Source of the DNA: Paragordius varius
Lineage: Eukaryota > Animalia > Nematomorpha
Assembly (NCBI GenBank): GCA_964247055.1
Contig: OZ176056.1
Coordinates: 4,402,001 to 4,466,000 of the forward strand
Direction: 5' to 3'
Length of the DNA stretch: 64,000 bases
Positions 23,573-34,600 of this stretch are shown here, piece after piece. The stretch's first letter is position 1. The number at the start of each line of letters is the position of its first letter. A program made the position numbers and the translations under genes. The notes beneath the pieces were generated by a model. It saw only the letters and a list, made by a program, of their open reading frames with translations. It did not search any database and was not told the DNA's origin.

Positions 23573-26500
23573 TTTGCAGAAACAACTAAATCGTACAAAA
23601 GCAAATTTACAAAGTATTTTAATTTAGTTTTATAAAAAATAGCTATTTTTTCAAAATAAGGAAATTTTACTTATATAATGCCGCATGTATTTGAAAAATG
23701 ATTATTTATTGAAAAGAAGATGCGAATACGAATTTTTTCAATAAAATTACACAAAGTATAATCCAGATTTAATTATATCTGAAGTGTAATATCAGCAAAT
23801 TTTTTTCATATGCTTTGAATATTATTTTAGAATAATGCTACCTTAAATGCATTTTAATGGTCTAACACTATAGTATTCCAATTTGCAACACAGTACTATA
23901 TGTTAAGTACAGCAATTTTTTTAAAATACATAGCTAATATATTTCAGATTACTAAAAAATCGGTTAAGCCTATCGATTTACCCCACTTTTTAGCTCATCT
24001 TTAAACTGTTGTAAAAACACAATTATTTTTTATGTTTTAAGATTGGTATTTTTTTATCACATTTGCATAATTTAGGAATAAAGACTAGATCTGTTACCGA
24101 TGATACCCTTGTCATACCCATAAATAGTAATTTTATCAATAATTTGGTATTGATTTCTAATTTCTGTATCTATTATAACACATATGTAATAAAATTTAAA
24201 ATTGTACGGACAAAACGTAAAAATATAAAAACGAATATTTTTTTTTCAAAAGATAACCATATCATTTTAAACTCTAATTTTTCTTATATAATATATTAGT
24301 TTGCAATTGTAAATTATATTAATAATTTACATCTCTTTATATGACTATGTAGTTTAAATAAGGGGTTACATTAAGATAAATTAAATTCATAAATTACCGT
24401 GGTCTTTTAAAAAAATAATTGTCATTAAATTTTCACTTTTTTTCCTTATAATTTCAACTTTTACTGTGTTTTAACCTATCAGGTACAGAGAATATTACTC
24501 AACAGATTGGGAGATGGCTATATCATCACAACTTAACCAATGATGAAAACACAAGTAAGACTTAATAACATACCTCCTAAGTGATCCATTACATTTTATA
24601 ACATCTAAATTTTTAAGGTTGCATAATATAAATTTTTTCGATCGTTCAAGCTGCTTATATATGAAATATCCTACAATAACAATTTCAGAACTAATATTAT
24701 AATACAAATATAAAATTGTAAATTAAATTTGTATTTACCGATTAAATATTCTTTCGTTTCTAACGCAAACTACTAAAGTGATAACGGCCACTGTCCAAAT
24801 GAATTGATCACCAATCACCTTTAAAATCTAAATAAAAAATTTCATTAATTTTGATTCGTTAATTTATAATCATGGTTAGTTATTTTATATTTTTATTTAT
24901 AACCAATAGGTTAAAAAAGTTTATATTAAATAGGAGCCTCATAATTTTTATAAGTCTTATTCGTTCTAAAATTTAAATCTTTATACATCAAACATACATA
25001 TATATTTTACAGATTATAAATTTATTCATAGATTTCACATTCACAAAACTACTTGTGGTGGCACCCAAAGACAAACGCAAAGGTTATATACATGATTTTC
25101 TTCTAAACCCAAGAGTTAATGCCAATGGCTTTTCTAATATAAAATTTTTATTATTTATAATATAAACCCAGATGCCAATATATCTAATGTAATTGATGAA
25201 ATAAACTCCCCTAATCCAATACCGCCAATAAATACTGAGTCCGAAAGCTCTTGGGAAAGTTTATATTCATATATAAAACAATTAAATTGTATATTATTTG
25301 ATTTCTGATAAAAATCTTTTGTGATCACAATTTTTTTTTAAATTACTTATAATATCGATTCCATTGTTACATTTTAGTCTTAACCGTCGGTAAATCATTT
25401 TTAAATAATAAATTTATATCATTTTTTAAGATAATTTATTATCTTTAATAATGTTAAACCTTTGTTAGTCTTGGGATTTGGTAAATTCAATATATAATCA
25501 CATATATATATAATATAATAAAATAATAACTTTGATATGATTTATAGGCGAAATCGCAGGTTATTTATCACCAATAAATTTGCATTATATTTAAACCTAG
25601 TGTCAAAAAACCTATATAAATTTTATAATTTATTTTTATAAATTTTAATAATAATGAACAAAATAAATTACTAATCCTCTATTACAGTTAAAATCGAAAT
25701 TGTTATACATACAGATAAAACGTAAAAACATAAAGGCCATTAAAAATATTAATCTAAACTTGATGTCTATCATTGTTTTGAACTTGAAAGTAAATACATA
25801 TGTAAATTGGTAAACAATCATATGTATAACTTTTTTCAGTCAAGAGCAACTTCAACCGAACGCAACATTTTCAAGCAAACGCAGCATTTTTCATTTAAAC
25901 ATAACATTTTTTCAAGCTAACGCTTTGCCATTCAAACGGAACCAAAATTGTTGCTTTTGAAAAGATTTTGCGTATGGTTGATGTTGCGTTTAGTTGATAA
26001 AGCGTTGCTTACTGATAAATGGTATAACAATCATAATTAAATGATTTGTATAGGAAAGTAAGGTTGATTTAAATTTATATTTTTACATTTTGTCCGTATA
26101 GCTTTAATAATACTGAACCTATCAATTTTTTACTTTTAATTTAATTTCCATATCACTTAAAGTCGTTGGAATGGTTGGTATTATGGGTGCGGTATCTCAA
26201 TTGTCTGCATCTGTCGGAGGATCTGTAGTAGCTGGCATCGCAGGTTATTGGTCAATAAAATATTTTTTTTTAAAAATTATATTTTTTTAACTTTACATTC
26301 AAATAACATAGGTCAGATTAAATAGTTATACCATCAGTCAAAAGCACATTTATTATCGAAAGCGAAACAAAATATTTTTTAAACAAATACAACTGAAAAA
26401 ATGTTGCTTTTGCTGAAAAATGGTATATAAATATGTGGAAGCAAATAATTATCCCTGTAAAATAATATTATAGATTTTCAAACGTTTATTCAAAATAATA

Positions 26501-28406
26501 TATGAGAGGGGCCAGCATTGAATTAAATTAAACTTATGATACTCTTTTTTGCGACACGTTGTATAATCACACATATTCAGAAGGGCTATATCCAAGAAAA
26601 ATATATATATAAAAATGGAAGTAGCCTAAAAAATATATTGGCGAAAATGAAATTTATCACTTATCGTTTTTAAGATATATTCAGTTATATTTCATTTAGT
26701 TTCATCTTTTTAGGGTCTACTGTGGGTTCAATAAACTCATTGTCAACTCTAGCTAGAGGTAAAATATTTTTTTTAGCATAACCTAAAAACTACCCAAAAA
26801 TGTAATATTGACTCAGTTATCCATTATTTAATTTTAATTTGGACACCTGCTCGTCAATAAACTCGCAACTATTGTTAGTGGAAACTGATTTTGTCGCTAT
26901 CTAAAATTATCAATTAATGACCAAATTTTTTTACAATTTATCAATTATTTGCATTGCCTTATATTTATCACAACACTAAATAAAATTATATCATTAAAAA
27001 TACTTTACAATAAATGACCCTACAGAAAAAAATATGTCAAATTCGATAAGGGTATATAAGTTTATGGCATGTTTAGAATCATAAATATTTAATATTAGCA
27101 ATCGAGATAACCTAGATTTTAAAACCAATATGTTTGTCCAACTATAAAGTATTCATCAGTTATCACATGTATATATACCTAATAATTTTTAGAGTTATTT
27201 AACTTTTTTGTTAATACATAAATATAAATAGTTTTTTTTACCATATATTAATCACAAAAAGGAAGCGTTGGTAGCATCGGAACCGTCTCATCTATATCAG
27301 GGAATAGTTTAGCTGGTTCGATAAATGCAATCTCCATGGCATCTTTAGGTGCAATTTCAGCAGCTGGGTCTGTGGCGGCCTCTTCCTCAATCCTTAGTAA
27401 TTCAGTAACCGGCCAAGTTTTTTATAATCCAAACCCTTCGATATCTGAAAGTTCAACAAGTATTGCTGATCGACTTTCATCTCAAGCGGAATCGGAATAT
27501 ACAGTTGATTCAAATGGTCAACAGCAGAGTCTTAATTCACTTGACAACTGGGAAACAGTTTCATCTGACAGTATAATATCAAATTTTATTTTATTTAACA
27601 TACTTACTTTGGTTAGTGTTAATTTAGAGTAAAATTTTCAGATAAGTTATTTCAAAAATTTATCCATTACCCGACTCCACAAAAGGATTTTTGTTGTAAA
27701 AAACATATTACGGTATTAGCCAATCTTATTAAATCTTTAAGTAAAAGAAAACTTTTGATTCTACCTTTCATAGATATTGGTATTCTGTGCTATTAATTAT
27801 AACCTTTATAGGTATTGACGTCTTATCAAATCCGGAAAGTTGTATGTGATTAAATTTTTAAAATATAATTTGTTTAAGAAAAAACTAATTTTACCGACGT
27901 CTTTATGCATTTATAGTAACTCCTAATTCTATACCCGCCGAATTAACTCCACTTCAAATGCAGATTATGCAAACAATATATATTTATCGTTTATGTTTAA
28001 AAAAATACATTAAAAATAAAATTATATGAACAAAACGTAAAAATTAAACGATAAATATTTTACTCTATACATATATATAATTAATCATACTTTTCTAAAG
28101 TTGGAAATTGGGTGTGTTACCAATTCACATCTCTATACTCTATTTTGGAAACATAAAACGATGAATTATTACATAAGAATTGACTCATAACAAAAAAATA
28201 TTTGTCTTTTAATATTTACGTTTTGTCTCTATATTTTAATTTTTATTGTATTAAAATTTCAAAATTCATATAGTTTTAAGAGCGGAAATAGATTCCCTTG
28301 GTAAAGTTATTTATATTTGATAATAAATTTTAAATATCTAGCAAGTTATATTGGAGCATGTTGTATGTATTTTTTTCACAATAGATAATTATTTAATTTA
28401 TTTTTT

Positions 28407-28459
<53 letters not shown>

Positions 28460-31411
28460 AAATATGATATATATTTAATAGATCATAATATGTTACGGAA
28501 TACTTTGATAAGAGCTACCCAAGGTATATTGTTAATTTATATTTATGTCCAAAAATTTTTTTATAAAAAAATTATGTTAAAATCGTTGACAAGATATTTA
28601 GCCAGATATTATGGATTAAAGATTTATCTAAGAATTTATTGTAATAATTTTAGCCACAAGAATGCACGGTAATTTATATAATTATTTTTTTTTCTTAACA
28701 TTTAATAATTACTATATATTATATAAGAATTGGAATTAAAACCGTTTTGATTATAATATTAAGCATTTTCTTTACAGATTCTACATATCATCAAAAACTT
28801 ATTCAATTAAAATGTTTAATTACAAAAAAAAATAGTTTATAAAATTCACCGGTTCCATGTTGATATTTTGGATTGCTTGCATGGTAAATTTTTATAAAAC
28901 GCTCTAATGGACAAAGATAACTTCAAAAACGAATAAATGTATAAATATTTAAAATTTTCTAGTAAAAACCGCTGTTGTGATTTAATTAACTGTTTTGAAA
29001 CAATGTTAATAAAATCTTTTGAAACGGCTTAAAAAAAATTTGATTACTTCCGTAAAACATGGGTTTAAATCCCTGCATTATGCCATTGTATAAAAATATT
29101 TTTAAATAAAATTTTTTAATCAATTATTCTTTTTTATATGTCATTTAGTGTTAACCTCGTCATTCGAAGGTATAATTATATCAATAAAATTAAAAAAAAT
29201 AATTATTTAAATTATATTTTTAATAAATAATTTGATTATGGGTAATAAAATATTTCTATTTTAAAACAAGATTTTTTTATTTTATTTTATAGGTGGTAAT
29301 CCTAATCAAAAATGTTCAAAAATAAACTTAAATTAGTTGATTAATTCACCATTTTATTAAGTTAAAGCATATATTTTTGATCCGTTTTAAAAAATAATTA
29401 TGATGTAGTCAAATAATTAATTTTTATATGCTTTCTGAAGTAATTTAAAATTCACATATAATATATTATATATATAGTATTTCAGCAACAAGGTTTTTTG
29501 TTATTTTTTCAATTAATATTTATTTTTAATTATAATAACGAATTTTTATATAACTTTAGGAGTTTCCAATATGCTTCGCTGTAATATATTATTATAATTC
29601 TTATAACGCAAATAAAATTAAATAAAACTAAAATATTTTTTTGACTTATAGTTTATCGAGAAACAAGTTTTTATCTAATGTAAAGTTATATAAATATAGA
29701 TATGTTTACAGGTATGGTTTAAAGTTGTGACATATATAATCCCTTAGAATTATCTGAAATAGCAGAGGGTAGTATTTTCCAATCACAATGCTTCATTTTA
29801 AATTTATATGAATTTATTAATTTTTTCTAAAATAATTTAAGATTTATCAACCTTGGGACAAGGTATATCTTAAATTTTAAAAATTAATTTATTCATTTTT
29901 CACATTTTTTAGAAATGGAGGCTTTCTTTGAAGGTAAAACGTTTCTTAAATAATTTATGTTGAATAAAAATATTAATTTTATTTTTAATATTTTTTTTAT
30001 TTAGAAGCACTAAATTTACCTAATGGTACTTTTTTATTATTATCGTCAAAATATTTATAAGGAAAAAAATGTGAGCCGTTTTACAGTAAAAATTGAAATA
30101 ATATACGGAAACGTTTAAATATAAAGACAAATATTTTTATCTAAAAGACAACCGTACTTTTAAACCTTAATTTTTCCTATGCATGAAATTAATTACAATC
30201 TTAAAATATAGAATAGAATGTCTTAGTAATATGTATCCCTATTTCACACTTTGCCATTTTAAATATATTTATAAAATTCAAGATTTAAAAAGTATGGTTA
30301 TCTATTAGAAAAAAATATTTGTCTTAATATTATTAGGTTTGTCCGTATAATTTCAGATTTTACTGAAATTCGGAAAAATTCAATTAATTCATTTAAAATA
30401 TATTCCACCGCGGTTTATTTAATACTTCAAAAATTATTATTGCAAGAATTAACGTTTTAAAATTAAGAAAACATCTTAAAAATAATGCCAAGATAAATGA
30501 AACTCATGTTGTCTAAATGTGATCTTCAATATTATATCATTTAAAAATACCATACTTTTTTAAAATTAATATTATTTATATAACATTAGAATTTTTCTTA
30601 TTTATTATGCTGTGCTGAATACTATGGGCCCACAAATTTGTGTTTGTTGGAATTTAATTTTTTGGATATGGAGAGTCAATTATTTTTAACTTTTTAATGG
30701 TCACCCTTAAATAATATTTATTGAGTAAAAAAATATTATTTTTTATAATTCTTTATAATAGCCGCTCCGGAATCCTTGTCGGGTATTTCCATTATTCTTA
30801 TATACATTTTAAATTAAGTACCTTTCAAATAATAGATGATTATATATAAAATTGAAAATCAAACCCGTTAATTAAAATAGGGCCATATGAAAATCAAATG
30901 CATTGTTTATAATAAAAATTTTCAATTTGTGTAAATAGAATTTTTATTATTAATATAATAAAATTTTGGAAATTAAATTTTATAAAAGCATGATTCTGTA
31001 TTTATAATTTTTTTATACAGATATTAAGGAATACTTAGAGGGTAATTATTATAATTATACCATTTTTCAGTCAAAACCAACAGCTTTTCAACCAAAAACA
31101 CCACTTTTTCAAGCAAACACAACATTCTTAGTTCCATCTAATTGTAAATGTTGCGTTTGCTTGAAAAATGTTGCGTTTAGTTGAAAAATGGTATATTCTT
31201 TAAATACTTTTATAATTTATATTTTTTTTAAAAATTCATAATTATTTATCGATAATAGATGTTATTAGCTCGATTGTTGGTATATTATAAAAAATTTTTT
31301 ATTGTGTTGAAACAAATATTAAAAATACCTTTTTAATTTTTTTGTTTTAGAACGGGGCAGATTCAGTATATTATAATTGTCTAATTCTTTACAGATAATA
31401 TTGAACCATAA
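19692..31411 (+). CDS. Unknown micro-exon gene B, tandem paralogue of gene A (start codon not located)
   Basis: Symmetric phase-1 exons: 19692-19829, 19864-19896, 19939-19968, 20003-20074, 20247-20276, 23083-23193, 23343-23459, 23572-23613, 24483-24554, 25032-25082, 25172-25258, 25378-25389, 25548-25559, 26163-26243, 26714-26758, 27262-27570, 27812-27838, 27917-27988, 28274-28300, 28342-28362, 28482-28523, 28654-28668, 28778-28813, 28836-28883, 29293-29313, 29652-29666, 29700-29711, 29748-29768, 29842-29862, 29913-29933, 30005-30025, 30762-30782, 31021-31041, 31351-31365, terminal 31395-31411 (TAA). Homology with A: AIGNITSNKIDQIY vs AIGNITTNRIDEVY; FTFTKLLVVAPKDKRK vs FNYTKLLVMAPKDKTK (both 51-nt exons); LRAEIDSL vs LRREIEAL; SYIGA vs NYIGA. 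The 19.7-20.3 kb exons have no in-window paralogue and are less certain. Confidence 0.8.
22208..22728 (+). mobile_element. Degenerate R1 MITE copy
   Basis: Colinear similarity to 5034-5616 along its length, with TTAA at both ends. Confidence 0.8.
23515..23568. repeat. (TA)n microsatellite directly abutting an exon acceptor
   Basis: Perfect TA run of ~54 nt followed by CAG|exon. Other long runs at ~10382, 12766, 16340, 17506, 28391, 31751, 36680, 39488 and 62648. Confidence 0.95.
24574..24827 (-). CDS. Two putative spliced exons of a nested antisense gene in an intron of gene B
   Basis: Exons 24739-24827 and 24574-24690 with a 48-nt GT-AG intron in matching phase 2: ILKVIGDQFIWTVAVITLVVCVRNERIFNRSEIVIVGYFIYKQLERSKKF... 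Confidence 0.45.
25825..26026. mobile_element. MITE family R3 (termini TATACCATTT(T)TCA; internal aaacgcaacatttt repeats)
   Basis: Inverted ends and internal repeats; further copies at 26327-26426 and 31056-31195. Confidence 0.65.
28020..28250. repeat. Inverted-repeat family R4 (tttacattttgtccgtata / acggacaaaacgtaaaa)
   Basis: The motif pair recurs in both orientations at ~24200, 25700-26110, 28020-28250, 30090-30360, 48370-48680, 50440, 52350-52420 and 53810-53870; boundaries unclear. Confidence 0.5.
31056..31195. mobile_element. MITE family R3 copy in an intron of gene B
   Basis: TATACCATTTTTCA...TGAAAAATGGTATA inverted termini. Confidence 0.75.
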
Positions 31412-31618
31412 TATTTCAATATGTGTCTTGATTAATCGGTACAAATAAATAAATTCTTTAATATTTTTCTTATAATATTTGCCAATTAAAATATTTGTTT
31501 TAAAAATGATAATTTAATATAATATGAATAATTTATTAATATATTAGTATTAAATGCTAATTTAAACATATCTTTATCAGTAGTTTTTTTGTAATTTTGA
31601 AGCGAAATAATATCTTGA

Positions 31619-34600
31619 TTATAAGGGTTTATTTTGCAAAAAAGCTGAAATCATATGAAATGCAGGACCAGGCTTCCATTGGGGGACCATATGACCAGCC
31701 CCTTTAACAGTTACGAAAGTCACGTTTTTCTCGTAATAATCCACAAAACCTATATATATATATATATATATATATCATTTACAGTTTAAATTAACTCTTA
31801 AACAATTCGAATTCACCTGAACGATTCAAATTCACTCTTGAACAATTCAAATTCCCCCTAAAATAAACTAAAAAAATAATAAACTATGCCATAAGAATAT
31901 ATTTTATATTAATGATGAGATATATTAGCCTGAAAACACATAATTTATTTTTAGGGTTATTTTAAATTTTTCGAAGTGAATTAAGAGTAAATTTTTAATT
32001 TTTCAAGGGTGAATTTAAATTGTTTAGGGTTGAATTAAATTGTTCAAGGGTGAATTTGAATAAATGGTATATTAATCCTAAAAAAGTAGTATAAAATTAA
32101 AAAAGGCTGAAAACAAATTAAGAATGCATGTTGTATACTTAAAAATATTTAGTAGCATATTTCTGAAAAAGGTATGACCTCAATAGGACAAAAAACGCAT
32201 AACAACATTTCACTGATTTTAAAATAAGTTTTAAAAAGAAACATCTATCAGATGCAATTTTATATCGCGACTTAATAATTATAATATTTACAGTTAAATA
32301 TCACATAATGTCAAATTAAAATATATTATTAATGGTCAGCAAAATGTAAAATATTTACAGGTAAAATAAGGTTTTACATTATATCATATGGAAAATGGTT
32401 ATATTTTAACCAAAAAAAGTTTATAATTTTTGTCTTTTTATCAATGTTGTTGAGGAAATTTTAAATATACATTGGGAAATGCCACCAATAATATGTGTTC
32501 GGATTATTATATATGCAAAGTAAATCCTCTAATATGTATTTTAGGCAGGAGCAGTGTTAAAAACAAGAATCGTATTTTATTTATAAAGGTTATGAAATGG
32601 TGTCCACAAAAAATCGTAAAATCCATTCTCAATCCCCATATGGCGAAAAACATATGACTTTGGAACTTTTAAGAATTATCAATCTTTTTCATAAAATCAT
32701 CCATCTTACAAAAAAAAGAAAAAAAATTACCTGCAACTTGACCTTTCCATTGCCAAGTTTGATGTATTCCACGGGGTTTAAGAGCTAACCCATAAACGAA
32801 CCATTCAGCCCCGATAAAATTACACATGACATCAGTGTCACCATTGTAAATTAGGATACGCATATTAGCATTGAGTAAGGCACGGATTTGTTTATACATA
32901 TCACTGTACAATCGAGTATACCCCTGTCCAACATTTTCACTAAAGAGTAGGTTATAAAATAAAACATAAATTTTGAAATAAAAATTATATATTTATATAT
33001 AGATGTATGAAAAAGTAAAAAAAAAATTTACAGTTTTTAATTATTTTTTACATTAAATCCACTTTTTTAAATAAAACAAATTAATTTTTTTATTCAAAGA
33101 CCATAGCTTACTCTTTAAAGCCATTGATATGTTTTGCCACAACATATTTACGTTTAAAATGCAAGATCCATACAAAAAATCGAAAGCACCAATTAATTAT
33201 TTAAACGCAAAATTTCTTTAATTAAAGCAACTTTTTTTTCTTTCAAACGCAATTTTTTTATTTCAAAATTTAATTTTAAAAGCTTATTTTAAAATGGTGC
33301 CTGCATATATCCCATTTGCCAACATGAGTGGGTATGTGAAGAGCTTGTCTAACATCATCTCTATTCAACCAATTCCGTATAGCAGAAGAATCAATACACG
33401 GCGGACTTTCAGACATTGAAGTTTTCTAAGATGAAAAATAGGAATTATTTAAGTGTTAATATTATTAGGTATAAAATATAAATTTTTATATTATTTTAGA
33501 GACAAAATATAATGTAACAGTGTAAAAAATATTTTTGTTATAAGAAATGCCTTATATTATCATGTATAACTCTTAAAAAATTAATATCAGTAATATAAAT
33601 TTGGGTGTGCAGCCAATTAACACCTATATTCCTAATTTCACCCTAAATTATAGGTATATTTATAAATTAAAATTTAAACATATAATATTAAAAATAGAGT
33701 TGCTATTTTCATGTTTAAAAATATAACCACATGAAAATTTAGACACCTAATTCACCTTTAAACATTTGAAATTCACCCTAAAAATAAAATTATCTTTTGG
33801 GCTAATATAACATTATAAAATATTTCTTTTTGGCATAGTTTATCATTTTTATTTATGATACTAGGTTTATTTTTTAAAAAACATCAAAAAATATAGGTAA
33901 TATTTGATAAACCAAAAACATAATTTATTTTTGGTATGAATTTTGAAAAAATTCAAGGTGTGAATTTGAGGTTTAAATGGTATATAACCCCAAATACTTA
34001 CGAAAGACATTATTTCCTTGTCATCATTATTAAACAACTCTGATGTTAAATGCCTCAGGCTACTTTTTAGTTGTGACAAAATATGAGATGAAAGCCATAA
34101 ATTAGTCGTTTTTTGTATGGGGATACCAAAAGGTTCGCTAAACAAAAAATTGAGCTTATTTTGATAGTTTTGTAAAGGGGTTCCGCTATAACGGTCAACT
34201 GAATATTGAGGATTAGGATCTGTATCACATGGGCTATATAGGGCATAATCATTAAGGCCAGCATCAAATATGAGCTTTAAAGCTGCCCTGACCTAAAATT
34301 AAATTGAAATAGAAATATCAGATTTATAAGATATTAGGAAAATTTAAAAAATGAGTATATCAAATTTTGTTAAAATTATATTAATTTAACTAAATAAATG
34401 GTGATGACAAAACAATAAATTATATTTACTGTGGACACCACCCCCCCCCGCTTCTTATCAAAGTAATTTTTGTTTTAATATATTAATATCCATTATAAAC
34501 GATTGAAATTTACAAAAGCTAGTAAATGATTATAAATTATCATTAACAAACATTAAATTGCTTTAGTAAATACAAATGTTTATTATAGAATAATAAAATC

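Noticed and set aside
30062-30085. 24-nt candidate exon (KKCEPFY) in gene B
   Set aside because: Absent from the otherwise exon-for-exon match with gene A and lies at the edge of an R4 repeat.
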